Assembly: GCF_001194135.2 (NCBI RefSeq)
Contig: NC_068993.1
Location: 41,249,608 to 41,313,607, forward strand
DNA from: Octopus bimaculoides
Lineage: Eukaryota
Direction: 5' to 3'
DNA: 64,000 nucleotides
Positions 40,782 through 54,153 of this stretch are shown one piece after another (position 1 is the stretch's first letter; the number at the start of each line of letters is the position of its first letter). A program made the translations under genes and the position numbers. The notes beneath the pieces were generated by a model, which was given only the letters and a program-made list of their open reading frames with translations, was not told the DNA's origin and ran no database searches.

Positions 40782-41017
40782 CGTAGAATGTGTGCAGTAC
40801 CCAGTAGTGCAATTTTCTGTATGTTATATAAATTTGTAAGTCCTGGTGTTTTTGTTATGTATTTGTCTGAATATTTTTTTATTATACCTAAGGCACCTAC
40901 TATGATAGGAATTGTTTCTGTTTTTAGATTCCACATTCGAGTTATCTCTATTTCCAGGTCTTTGTATTTTGAAAGTTTTTCCATTTCTTTTAGAGAAACG
41001 TTGTCATCCGCTGGTAT
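40782..41017 (-). mobile_element. 5'-truncated R4/Dong-like LINE fragment; 3' end lost in gap
   Basis: Uninterrupted IPADDNVSLKEMEKLSKYKDLEIEITRMWNLKTETIPIIVGALG...IALLGTAHILR; 5' end abuts (TTA)n; nearly identical to 28740-28923. Confidence 0.9.
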
Positions 41018-41063
41018 TATTATTATTATTATTATCATTATTATTATTATTATCATTATTATT

Positions 41064-41100
<37 letters not shown>

Positions 41101-41345
41101 TCTTTCTTCTTTATCGTTTCTGTTTTATCTTTCCTTCCTAATTTTCTCCCTTCTACAACCTCCCCCTCTTCCTCTTCCTCCCGCTTCTCCTCATCCTCAT
41201 TTTCTTCCTCTTCACTGCCATCACCACAACCGCCTCCACCATCCAACCACCACCATCAACGCCCCCGATACCACCACCGTCTTCTTGTTCTTGTTCTTGT
41301 TGTTGTTGTGCTTCTTCTTCTTCCTCTTCTTCTTCTTCTATCCTC
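41017..41345. repeat. Compound trinucleotide repeats (TTA)/(TTG)/(TCC)/(CAC)/(TTC)
   Basis: Direct reading; explains the 40912-41646 low-complexity ORF. Confidence 0.9.
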
Positions 41346-41758
41346 CACCCCAACATCCGCTTACATCGCCTTTCAATTTACCTGTACGTGTAAGACTATC
41401 TGTCTTTCACTCACCTTAACCTCCATTTGTCTATTATTCCCCATATACCTAACATTCTCTCTCCCCCTCTCTCTCCTTCGCTCCCTCGCTCTCTCTTTCT
41501 CCCCCTCTTCTTCATTCCTATGTCTTAGGTTTATAGCTAGAGAATCTTGTCTAATAGCTATTTACATATGTTTAATTATACATAAACGCAACCATATGTA
41601 CCACTGCTTAAACTTGTTCGTACAAATATGTCACACACGTATGTAAGCTAAGATGCGAATGTGTGCCTATACGCACGAACATACATGCAAACACACACAC
41701 ATAGGCATATATATATATATATATATATATATACGCATATATATGTGTGTGCGTGCTT

Positions 41759-41791
<33 letters not shown>

Positions 41792-41844
41792 GATAATACA
41801 TATATATACATACATATGCATACATACAAACACAATTACACGCA

Positions 41845-41889
<45 letters not shown>

Positions 41890-41924
41890 GTCTATGTGTA
41901 TATATGTACGCATGCAGTTGTATA

Positions 41925-42196
41925 TGCAGCACGACTGATTGGTTCTAAAATTCCTTTCGCAACGTCGGTGTCTGCGTTCGAGCCCGTCTTGGGAAACTCT
42001 CATTTTCTTTAGCCTTGGTACCATCAATAATTTACGAACGAAAATCGAAAGGCGGAAAATGTACAAAAGCCTGTTGGGTGGCTTATACCAGTCATTCCAA
42101 CGGTACTATAGTGCTCCAACTCTGCTTGGGAAGTACGTTAAAGGTCTACGTAACTACGGAACACTTAACCACTCACAGGTTATCTCAGCAGTGAGT
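41925..42196 (+). mobile_element. Diverged SINE family D copy
   Basis: B-box-like GCGTTCGAGCCCG; 3' part GAAGTACGTTAAAGGTCTACGT...CACTCACAGGTTATCTCAGCAG aligns to 5518-5583 GAATTACGTTAAGGGTACACGT...CACTTGCACGTTAATTTCACGAGCAG. Confidence 0.6.
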
Positions 42197-42540
42197 ATAT
42201 ATATATATATATATATATNNNNNNNNNNNNNNNNNNNNNNNNNNNNNNNNNNNNNNNNNNNNNNNNNNNNNNNNNNNNNNNNNNNNNNNNNNNNNNNNNN
42301 NNNNNNNNNNNNNNNNNNNNNNNNNNNNNNNNNNNNNNNNNNNNNNNNNNNNNNNNNNNNNNNNNNNNNNNNNNNNNNNNNNNNNNNNNNNNNNNNNNNN
42401 NNNNNNNNNNNNNNNNNNNNNNNNNNNNNNNNNNNNNNNNNNNNNNNNNNNNNNNNNNNNNNNNNNNNNNNNNNNNNNNNNNNNNNNNNNNNNNNNNNNN
42501 NNNNNNNNNNNNNNNNNNNNNNNNNNNNNNNNNNNNNNNN

Positions 42541-42583
<43 letters not shown>

Positions 42584-42808
42584 ATACAGACATGTACATA
42601 CATATGTACATATACATAAATATATACACACATATGTACGGGAACTTTAATACCTTACTTTGAGTAATAATATGTGTCCAAGCTTACTCATTCTTTGAGG
42701 TTCTCGTTCCTTGCGCAATATAAATACATGTGTATGTTTATCTAGCAATACATGCACACACAAACATACACATACGTCCGCACATATAAAGATATGTTTG
42801 TATATACA

Positions 42809-42850
<42 letters not shown>

Positions 42851-43226
42851 GAGAGGTACATACAATCATATACATGTAAATACATGTATGTATATATGTG
42901 TGTAAGTTTGTATGTACACACACACACGCACACATACACATATATGCATTTACATACACAAACACAGACGCAGATACAAACACACACACACACACACACA
43001 CATACTGTATCGCTATAACCACGCATATTTACAAGCACTCGCACATAGCACTCACGATATATTTACACGATATAATCCCAGGCGTGCCCAACCTAGGGAA
43101 CTGGTTTGTTACTAAAATATTAAAGACAGCTTTATCTTTCCACTAACATTATGTAGAATCACTAATTTTTTTCGTTTGTCAGTTTATATTGCTCTAAGGC
43201 TAGATTTAAAAAAAAAACAGTCGTCG

Positions 43227-43258
<32 letters not shown>

Positions 43259-44337
43259 ATTCCACTTTCTATTTTATTTTACCATTTTATTGGTTTCTTT
43301 CATTCTTCAAGCGATGTTTATGTCTCTTTCCTGTCTATATATTATCCATTATCTTCGTTTTTGTTTTTCTCTTTTATAATTTTCTTAATGTTTTTGTCTT
43401 ATTTTTTTCTGGTCTTTATTTTTTTTTTTTTAATTTTTTTTTTGCATTCTTTTACTATAAGCTACAGAAGTTTAAAAATGTCAGTAAGTTGGAAACTTTG
43501 AAAACAGACTTCAATTCCGTTTCAAGACAGTCGTCCATTATTTAAAAGTCCCCCTCAGCATTTTGGCTTTATTATCTGGCAACGAAACAAACACTATTCG
43601 GATCACAAGAAGGGAAGCTAAGTATAAAAGCTGAGATCAATATCAATCCTAAATTTCGATCAATTGAAACAATTTCATATTCGTCTAAAGGAGTAGTTTT
43701 AAAATTACTATAGAGAACAGGAAAGAAATTTCTGTGAAGCCAAACCTTTGAATCGGTCTCGATACACGCCTTACTCAACTTACGTCAAAATATAAAATTT
43801 CTTTTCATCTTAATTATAGAACTTTTTGCCGTTCATTAACTTATTCATTAACCATTCATTACTTTATTCAAAGTATTTTCATAGGTTTGTTGTAAATGTT
43901 CATGATTGTTTTTCAGACTTTTAGTAATGCATTCTTTCATACGTTCTCAATAATATGAAACTTTATTTTTATATGTCCCAAATAACTCTAGTAGTTGAAA
44001 AAAATTGGAAATGTGTATCACATATGATACATGGACGCCAGAGAAATGTGTTCAGGCCTCTCTGACACATTTTATCATCCTGCATGTCACATGTGATGCA
44101 CAGAACAGACAAAAGATTAAAGACGCAAGAAATAATATTGTAAGGAGTCATCAACGGAACTGTTAGTAATATACTCGAAAAGATTACACATTTCAAAGAA
44201 TTCATTACCAGAATCGTCTGTAGTATGCGGCAATTACGAAACTACAGACAATTCGTTGAATTCGAAGACTAGAACTCGATTCGAACTTGAAACTTTATAT
44301 GAATATTAACATTCTCGTCATATTATTTCTGTACGTT

Positions 44338-44589
44338 AAGGCGGCGAGCTGGCAGAATCGTTTGCACGCTGGGCGAAATGCTTAGCGGCATTTCGCCGGT
44401 CACTACTTTCTGAGTTCAAATTCCGTCGTGGTCGACTTTGCCTTTCATCCTTTCGGAGTTGATAAAACAAGTACCAGTTGACCACTGGAGTCGATAAAAC
44501 AAGTATCGGTAGAATACTGATGTCGATGTAATCGACAAATCCCCACCTCCCCTAAGCTGCCCTTGCGGCAAAAATTTGAAATAATTATT
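44338..44589 (+). mobile_element. SINE family B with internal duplication of the GATAAAACAAGTA module
   Basis: AAGGCGGCGAGCTGGCAGAATCG head; GATAAAACAAGTA occurs twice. Confidence 0.88.
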
Positions 44590-44689
44590 TCCGTATGTTT
44601 GTTAATAGACAAGAGGAAATAACTCACAACTGTTGTACGTCCTCGCAGAGTGATAAGCTTGATGGAGTTGATGCTCGTTTTCATCATCT

Positions 44690-44760
44690 ATAGTTTAACT
44701 AAAAATGCTACTTGGCATGGGAAAGAATTCCAGAGGATTGTAGTTACGGGGAGGAAGGGT
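44690..44760 (-). mobile_element. Tiny CR1-like LINE remnant
   Basis: Reverse translates to LPVTTILWNSFP, like the conserved RT..LWNSLP motif near ORF2 ends; very short. Confidence 0.35.
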
Positions 44761-45671
44761 TATTGTTGTTTAGTCCCGGATTACCCGTGGTCGAATAGGC
44801 TTAGGAATGACTAAAAGCGTTCCATGAGATAATTATGTTTATAATTTTATTATGTACAGGTCCATACTTTCCAGTATGACATTTTAATTTTCGATGAGTA
44901 TGATTTTGCTGTGTATTTGGCTATTGTTCATACCATGCTGATGTTCCTTCATTAGTTCCCAAACGACAGAATGGTGGGTGTGCTTCTCGATAGGTCTGTC
45001 TAAGAAACTTCCTCTTTAGCTCCGACAGGAGTGGTGGGGGTCTCCTTCGTTAGCTCAGAAAGAACTGGGTAAGGGAGTATTCTCTTTAGCTCGGAAAGGC
45101 CGAGGGAGCCTCTCTCATTAGCAAGAAAATAACTGAAGTGGGAGCTCTCTTGTTAACACGGAAGAACAGAAAAAGTGTCGGGATGAAATGTGTGTGTGTG
45201 TGTGTGTGTGAACCGTTGGTCCCGAGAAAGGACGTATCCAATTATCTAATTCAGAGGAGCAGAGGTAGTTCTTTTAGTGTCAGAAGAAATGTAGAGTAGC
45301 CTCAGTACAAGTAGATGCGAGCAAGTGGATCAAGTATGTTAATGATCGAGTCTTTACTATTGAGTTGGACGGATTTCTCCTGAATTTTAAACACCGACTT
45401 TTGGGTGTATAATATCAGCACTGTCTCAGATATGCGAACTATATCTTAACTATTACATCTGTCTATGCTAGTAGAAATATTTTGAATGGAAGTGAGGGAG
45501 AATCTAAAGGTAGAGTAATATGCGTAGTGAGTAGAAAATATTGCATGAAATGCAAGAGAAAGAGGGCAATGAATCCATCAAAGTCAGCAATGTTGTGAGA
45601 TGAAGATATAACGCAACAAATATCTAAAGCGAGAGAAGAGAGAGGGTGAGGGAGAGAAAGTGGGCGGAGAC

Positions 45672-45730
<59 letters not shown>

Positions 45731-46280
45731 GCACAGAAGAGGAGCAAAGGAAGTTTGATATATAACAACAGATAGATAAATGGAGATGGAGAATATAGAA
45801 AACAAAGAAAGAGTGTACATGAATGAATGGGGAGGGTCAGGGTTTGAAAACATGGCGTGGAGAAATACGATCACATTCTTTTTGATATATTTATCTGCAC
45901 AAGCATTTGTTTGCGTATCTACAGCATCCACATCATTGCAGTACATCTGGGGCCAATTAACTAAACTAGTGCTGAAGTGTGTTAGTACATGGTAAACTAT
46001 TGCTCCAGATTTTCTTTTGAACTCTGTTACACTCTGTATTCAATTGTCCTGCACCTATTACAGAGATAACAACTAATTAATCAAGGTATTATATTTCAGG
46101 TTCTCCAACTCGAGCTATTACAAGATTTTGCAATTTTTTTTTATAGTTACATTTTCTCTTGATATAGAATAAGCTTTTCGAAGAACATAAAGAAAATTGG
46201 CACGTTCTGAGTGCAGTTCACACTTCTATTAAAAAAATGGTCTAATATTTCACGACTTACACTTGTGCTCATATATACAC

Positions 46281-46389
<109 letters not shown>

Positions 46390-47674
46390 TTTCTAGCATT
46401 GATACAAGAGCTAAAACGTGTATGTTCACATATGTTTGTATGTATAAGTGTGAACGTGTGAATGTTTTGTTTGTTTGTAATTGTGTGTAGCTGATTTAAT
46501 CGATCCTAGTATTTGGCTGGAACATTTTTTTTTGTCGGTGGGTGAAGAGTAAAGTTGATCTTAGTGGTATTTAAACATAGAGCATAAAGGTTCCTTTGCA
46601 TTCAGACTTTTTCGATCAACCACTAGATGAAACCTCTACTTACTGTATACAAACTATCTATGTCCATTGCTGGTCTTCCCTTTCAAGGCTATCAATCTTG
46701 GAAAGGGCACGACTGTGCTTCCACACTATTGCTTGAACAATGACATGAAATTTTTAAGTTTTTCAATATTATAGTTTCTCCTGTTTTACATAATTGGCAT
46801 CATCTGAAATACACTTAACAAAATTAATGACAAATTTAAGAGAGAAATTAGTCTCCAGCATTGAACCAATATCAACATAGTAATCGAGAGGTTGAACAAC
46901 ATTAGTGATGAACGGAGTTCTACAATTATTATTCGATATTTCTAATTTCTACCGTCCATATCCGTTCAGTATTTGATAACGATACAACGTTATAGATTAC
47001 ATTGGCTTAGAGATCACCATATGTGCCAAGCCTTTACTTTTCGATAAGGTCACAGTATGGATAAAATATCAGTCATCATATGTTTATTCGATGTTAAGTA
47101 TGGGGTCGTATGTAAGCGCAGATATATGTGATTGCATCGGTCCACATATATAGGATGTTTTGAAAAGTTTATTCAACAGTTCCGACACAGTTTTGTGTAG
47201 AGATGACATAGTCTTGTGTAGACATGAACATACGCTAAATTTAGAAGGGACCTTATCAGCACCATCAATTTGCTGAACGCAAAAATAATCATTAATACCA
47301 ACCCAAATGTAGCGAATGTCTTATATATCATCCTTCATTTCGATCACAATATTTATGAACCCCACTACAAGTCTAATGTGAGTCTAAAATGTGTAAACGC
47401 TAAATCATGCCAATCGCATGTAAAGTTTGAGAATTTAATCAATACTATGAGCACAACTATTGCTAATTTCTTTCATAGACCTCATATTACGATCTGGCTT
47501 CACACCAGGTTCTCATTAACAGTAAAAACTAATATAGTTAAAAGCTTCTGCACACTATTTGATAAACACTTCTTTTGTCAATACTGCTACAGAAGAATTT
47601 TAAACAGACGAGCATTCCAGATATGAAAAGCACAATAACTCATATACCAGAAAACCTACTGAAGAAAAGCGTCC

Positions 47675-47706
<32 letters not shown>

Positions 47707-47774
47707 TTCATTTTTCATTTTCATTTTATCTAGTTTCAGCTCATGAGCTGTGGCCATACATGCATGCATACACA

Positions 47775-47805
<31 letters not shown>

Positions 47806-48074
47806 GCACATATATATATAAAGAAGGGTATCCCCTTATTTAGAGTGGATGTAACTTTACATAAAAAAGAAATTGCGAGTCTACTTTGAGTCTCACATGA
47901 GGCTTGGCTATACATGATAGTCGTGGGCAGCTTAGACCGTGGTAAAACTCAGCGTAGCCTGGCAATTTTTGATACAATAAACACGTTCGTGACTCTCTCT
48001 CTATATATATATATGTCTTTAATATATATGTATATATACGTATATATATGCGTATATATATGCGCATATATATG

Positions 48075-48135
<61 letters not shown>

Positions 48136-48432
48136 GTATGTATATATATGTATATATGTATATAGTTGTGGTATATTCTGTTACGTAGTAGAGTACAGCA
48201 TAAAGCTCGTCCGCCTTCAGATTTACCCTGTACTCTCCAGTAGTAGTATTATACATACTTCCAGGCTCGCGTTTGGGCATCCCATCATGTGTGAATTGAG
48301 AAATGAAAAAATTGGAGTCAACAAGGGGAACGTACGGTTGGAGATTTATTTTTTAATTACTACAATTGTTTCCACGCAACATAGTTCACCAGGTGTGCAG
48401 GTACATGATTATGCAACCGCTTTCCTGCATCA

Positions 48433-48720
48433 TGAGATCTAGTTGTGTTTCCTCAGGTGATATGTGTAAATATTGTCTCCGTAAGTTCAAATTCTCGACT
48501 TCAAGAACATCCTCTCTGTTTGTCAAGGACTAAATTTAGTAGTAGTCACTGAGTTTATCAGGTTGTGATATACGGTCCTTCAGCAACAACACACTGATAA
48601 ATTCAGTGACTACTACTAAATTCAGGCCACGACATATAGAAAGGGTGCTCTTGAAGTCGAGAATTTGAACTTACGGAGACAGTATATACATATCACCTGA
48701 GGAAACGCAACTAGATCTCA
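48433..48720. mobile_element. MITE-like nested inverted repeat
   Basis: Outer ~75-bp arms TGAGATCTAGTTG...CTTCAAGAACA / TGCTCTTGAAG...CAACTAGATCTCA; inner ~29-bp arms AATTTAGTAGTAGTCACTGAGTTTATCAG / CTGATAAATTCAGTGACTACTACTAAATT. Confidence 0.8.
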
Positions 48721-50268
48721 CAATGCTGATGTCAATATAGCTGATGTCGAAATGAGTTGGTCAACGTAAGCCGAAGTGTTTTTCTGAAAACCACAACGCA
48801 CCACTCAATTCGAAAATCGAAACTACGATCTGGCGATCGTGGCTACAATCCTCTAAACATTTAGTCACGCGCCCTCATCCACATACCTACAAACTTGCGC
48901 ATATGCCTTTAAAGAGTCTGTTTTCCCATAATGAATTATGCATATTATTTATATAACTGTTTATATTTCTCTTCGTAGATCAAGTTACAGGATGAAATCA
49001 TGCTGACACATGCAACCACTACTATTCACGAGCCACACCTTATTGTCTTATATGAAGAACAAGAAAACACAAAATGTTATCTTCTTTAATACACTATGTC
49101 TCAATAAATGGATGAAATACTTTTGATCATAAGACTGCTCAATCATGCTTAATGAATAACTACAAGAATAATCTTTGACTACAACTATTTACATTTATTT
49201 CTAATTTAGTCGAGAAGAAACGACAACTTGACTTACGAGAAGTTTTATAAGTAAACATTTGTTTACTCTAATTCATTCATCCATTGGTGGAACTATGATG
49301 GAGCTGTGGATACTATTATAACTAATTATTGTATCTATAATGGAACGACTGCGCACAAGTCTCCAGTTTATCTTTGTTATTGAATACTGCATCCCAATGC
49401 GCAGACATGAAGTCTTTTAAACAGTAGTTCTTTAGCCATTCAATTGACTTATTATTTATGAGTCAGCTCTTGTTACAGTAGTGTGGCATGATCATAATAT
49501 TCCCTCTTTTTTTATTATTAGGAATATTGCATTCTAGTATTTTAAGAAATTACATCAGGGCTGCTCGCATTTTACTTAGGATACCACTCCGCAGGAAATA
49601 TCAAGTTACTCAGCAAAAATATATGAAATTCATATACTTGCAGAAATGTCAACACTACAGGGATTAAACAAATGTTTTAAGCCACTTGCCATGATGTTAT
49701 ATGAACAAATACTTATGCAGTTAGAGAAAGAATGATTTAACTTTTATATTATATTCTGTATTTTATTCTAGTCTTCGCTGAAACACTTGCTACAACTATT
49801 TTGAACTTAAAAAGACCTGAAGTAGAATGTATTTGTCCGCGTCGTGACTAGGTTTAAATTTGACCTAGAGAAAGTCACTGAATAAAATTATACAAATATT
49901 TAAAAAGACACGTAGGTTGCTATATTAAGCAACTGTTCTTTTCCTCAAGTGTATTGTCTGATAATGCATCAATAATTTTCTTATTACTGTCGTTTCAATA
50001 ATTCAATTTCCTTTCGTCATTAGTTTTCAAAATATAACGATTAACCAAGGAAACGTTTCTGTAATTTTACTCCCATATCAACTCTATATCATGCTTATCT
50101 GTTGTTGTTTATCTGCTAGACGTTCATCCGAAATCTCGAAGCAAAGAAGCAACGTAACCTAATTATTCCTATTTCTAAACGACATTAAGTTATTTTTAAA
50201 TTGTTCGATAAAAACTGCCAGGTCTCTTCAAACATGCTAAATAATTCTAATCCATTTATAGATACAAA

Positions 50269-50410
50269 TGAAGACGCATGGCTTAGTGGGCAGGATGTTG
50301 CACTCATGACCGAAAGATAGTAGTTTCGATTCCTGCACCATAAGTTGTGCTCTTGAGTAAAAAAACCCATTTCATTTCATGTTGCTGCAGTTCGCTCAGC
50401 AACAAATAAG
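50269..50410 (+). mobile_element. SINE family C, 5' part
   Basis: GAAGACGCATGGCTTAGTGG...GTTTCGATTCC...CTTGAGTAAAA...ATTTCATGTTGCTGCAGTTCGCTCAGC. Confidence 0.75.
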
Positions 50411-51152
50411 CCCAGTAATATCTGGGAATTAACCCTGAGACAAACAGGCGCCACATTTGGAAAAAAAGGAAACCGTTTTAATCTTATGCACCATAGGAAA
50501 ACCTGTTTTTTTTCTATAGCTCTGGTCTTTTCAATCCTTGGGCTCGCGACACGCCTCAGTCTGGACGCAGGCGATGACCGAGTGGTGAAAAAGAGTCCGT
50601 CTGCTGATAGAAAACCGTCGGTTCTATTCCACTGCATGGTATCTTGGAAAAAGTCTTTTACTATAACTTAGGGTCAATTCAGTGTTTGTGAATGAGATTA
50701 GATAAACGGAAACTGTGTGGAAGCCTGAGGGATGGTTTATACCAATAACGCAACTGTCTAACCTTGTTACATATTCCGCCGCTTTAAGAGTAGACGTGTC
50801 TGTGGAATATCTTCCATTTATAGGATAATTTAATCAGCAGTTAGATCAACTGATCAAGCAACTGAGTGTTTAGCGTCGAAACGACGGAGAACCCATCAAA
50901 ATCCACCTATCCAACGATGTCATTTGATTCTTGGCAAAAACATCAAATACATGCAGTTACTGATATTTCTGTTCCTACAATAATAAGGCAACTATATCTA
51001 GTCGTTAGAGGAAAATATTAATAATAGCTTTTGATGAGGTACATTTGTACAATTTATTGTTTAGCCCAAGGTCAGATCTGACTGAGAAAACCTATGATCA
51101 AAAGAATCACATACAAGAAGATGTTATCTTTCATTTTGGTTTCGTGCATCTA

Positions 51153-51290
51153 AAGCGCATAGCCTAGTGCTTACGGCGTTGCACTCGTAATCATGAGGTC
51201 ATAGATTCAGTTTCTGTATTCATTTGTGCTTTGTATTCCTGAACAAGCTACTACATTTCACGTTCTCCAGTCAAATAGATTGTAAATGAG
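51153..51290 (+). mobile_element. SINE family C, degraded 5' part
   Basis: AAAGCGCATAGCCTAGTG...CACTCGTAATCATGAGG...CTTGAACAAG...ATTTCACGTTCTCCAGTC. Confidence 0.6.
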
Positions 51291-51826
51291 CACCTAGTAT
51301 AATATAAGTGCCGCTTTCTCTTCATCCGAATGATATATTCCAATGTTCTGCTGGCTCAAGAGTGAGAGGCTTAAGAGGTTATCTGTGTCTGTTTTCGACT
51401 ACATAGGCACAGTTGTACAAACTGTCAGGTCATATTCGCTTACGAGTGACTGCTAAGCGTCTAATAGTAGAATGAGACTTAGCTGCAATTTTCAGTAATA
51501 CGAATGACCACATATAGGCTTAACCCGCTTTAAATCAGCATACACATGGACACATATCTAAAGAAGGAAACATTTTGGCAATATTATTTACTTGTATCAG
51601 TTGTTGGACTGTGGCTATGCTGAATGACTACCTTGAAGGGTTTAGCCGAACAAGTGGGACCTAGTACTTAATTTTAGTCTGGTACCTATACCGGCTAGAT
51701 CAATGCTTGTGTGTAAATTTCGTAGGTGGAAACTGTGAAGAAGCTTGTCGTGAGTGTAAGTGCTTGTGTGCGTGCGTGTCTTTGTGTTTGTATTTGCGCC
51801 CCACCACTTTGCAATCGGTTTGTTAC

Positions 51827-51907
<81 letters not shown>

Positions 51908-52319
51908 AATGTTAACACTCTACGTTTTAAAGAGAGCTTCCTTGGACGAAATGTTGAAGCCTTAATGCGTTTAAACAAAAAGCATACAATCGTGGAATTA
52001 ATATGCAAGATGTGCGTTGCTGTTGCACATCAGCAGATAAATTTTACGCCATTTGAATATATATCAGACCAGAGATTTGAATTCGTTTCGAAGCTGGCTT
52101 GATTATAAGACACCGATGAGCTGAAATAACAGCGAAGTATTGATATCTGTCGTCGTTCATCACCTGGGAGATTCGTTTCGCCTGGTTTTGAGATATACAG
52201 TGTTTTTATGTTTTTTAACACTCTACGTCTTAAAAGGACTTTCCCTTGATGAAATACTGCGGCCTATAAGCGGTTAAACAAAACACATGCATTAAGTATG
52301 TGACAACAGTGACATTTAT

Positions 52320-52538
52320 ATTCTTTTATTTGTTTCAGTTAATTGACTACAGCGATACTGGAGCACGACCCTAAAGAGCTGTAGTCGAAGAAATCGCGCT
52401 CAGGACTTATTCTTTGTAAGCCTTATACTTCTTCTATCGATCTCTTTTTCCGAACCGCTATTTTATGGGCACATAAACACACCGTTATCGGTTGTCAAGC
52501 GATGGCTGGGGACACACATAGACACACACATATAAAAT

Positions 52539-52573
<35 letters not shown>

Positions 52574-52749
52574 GCATATATATATGTATAAGATGGGCTT
52601 TTTTTCAGTTTCAGTAGAGCCAAATCCACTCACATGGCTTTGGTCGACACGGAGCTATAGTAGAAGACACTTGCCCAAGGTGCCTCGCAGTGGGACTGAA
52701 CCAGAAACCATGTAGTTGGGGAGCAAACTTCTTACCACATAGCCATGCC
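52320..52749 (-). mobile_element. Full-length SINE family A
   Basis: Tail, internal (CA)n/(TA)n and head in reverse. Confidence 0.88.
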
Positions 52750-52812
52750 AAATATTAGTTCTTTACTATAAGAATCATAACGCCGTATATCCCGTTTTCT
52801 TGTTGTCTAAGT

Positions 52813-53108
52813 CAGGGGTTTCAAACTGTGGTCCGCGGACCACAGGCAGTCCGCAAGGACAAGACAGGGGGTCCGTGGACAGCAAATACTTTTTATGGGC
52901 AATTTGATTTTATATATGATTTTTAATCGAAATCTTTTAATTGACAATAAACTTATTTGTTAAATACTGTTAAATAAATAAATATAAAAATATATGATGT
53001 TTTAAGCAAATATTTATGTATAACTTTCATAAGCGTTTATAAGGGGGTCCCTAAGGTAAAGCCTGAAATATAAAGGGGTCCGCAAGTCAAAAAGTTTGAA
53101 AACCCCTC
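52813..53108. mobile_element. Non-autonomous hAT element (MITE) with perfect 8-bp TSD
   Basis: TIRs CAGGGGTTTCAAACT / AGTTTGAAAACCCCTC; GTCTAAGT at 52805-52812 and 53109-53116; subterminal GGTCC(GC) repeats at both ends. Confidence 0.92.
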
Positions 53109-53169
53109 GTCTAAGTGACCGAGATCACAACATGTCTCTTGAAAATGTCACCGAACCAATGCATTGTTT

Positions 53170-53292
53170 GAGGCCAGCAATTTTGAGGAGATAGGACAAG
53201 TCGCTTGAATCGATCTGAGTACTTGACAGTGACTTTATTTCATATACCCTGAAGGGATGAAAAACAAGGTTGACCTCGGCGGGATTTGAACT
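53170..53292 (-). mobile_element. SINE family B, 3' part (head lost in gap)
   Basis: GGATGAAAAACAAGGTTGACCTCGGCGGGATTTGAACT. Confidence 0.8.
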
Positions 53293-54153
53293 NNNNNNNN
53301 NNNNNNNNNNNNNNNNNNNNNNNNNNNNNNNNNNNNNNNNNNNNNNNNNNNNNNNNNNNNNNNNNNNNNNNNNNNNNNNNNNNNNNNNNNNNNNNNNNNN
53401 NNNNNNNNNNNNNNNNNNNNNNNNNNNNNNNNNNNNNNNNNNNNNNNNNNNNNNNNNNNNNNNNNNNNNNNNNNNNNNNNNNNNNNNNNNNNNNNNNNNN
53501 NNNNNNNNNNNNNNNNNNNNNNNNNNNNNNNNNNNNNNNNNNNNNNNNNNNNNNNNNNNNNNNNNNNNNNNNNNNNNNNNNNNNNNNNNNNNNNNNNNNN
53601 NNNNNNNNNNNNNNNNNNNNNNNNNNNNNNNNNNNNNNNNNNNNNNNNNNNNNNNNNNNNNNNNNNNNNNNNNNNNNNNNNNNNNNNNNNNNNNNNNNNN
53701 NNNNNNNNNNNNNNNNNNNNNNNNNNNNNNNNNNNNNNNNNNNNNNNNNNNNNNNNNNNNNNNNNNNNNNNNNNNNNNNNNNNNNNNNNNNNNNNNNNNN
53801 NNNNNNNNNNNNNNNNNNNNNNNNNNNNNNNNNNNNNNNNNNNNNNNNNNNNNNNNNNNNNNNNNNNNNNNNNNNNNNNNNNNNNNNNNNNNNNNNNNNN
53901 NNNNNNNNNNNNNNNNNNNNNNNNNNNNNNNNNNNNNNNNNNNNNNNNNNNNNNNNNNNNNNNNNNNNNNNNNNNNNNNNNNNNNNNNNNNNNNNNNNNN
54001 NNNNNNNNNNNNNNNNNNNNNNNNNNNNNNNNNNNNNNNNNNNNNNNNNNNNNNNNNNNNNNNNNNNNNNNNNNNNNNNNNNNNNNNNNNNNNNNNNNNN
54101 NNNNNNNNNNNNNNNNNNNNNNNNNNNNNNNNNNNNNNNNNNNNNNNNNNNNN

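Noticed and set aside
42013-42190. Exon-like segment with strong TTTCTTTAG acceptor, GTGAGT donor and two open frames
   Set aside because: Its 3' half aligns to SINE family D and a B-box lies just upstream; no recognisable protein. Exonisation cannot be excluded without RNA data
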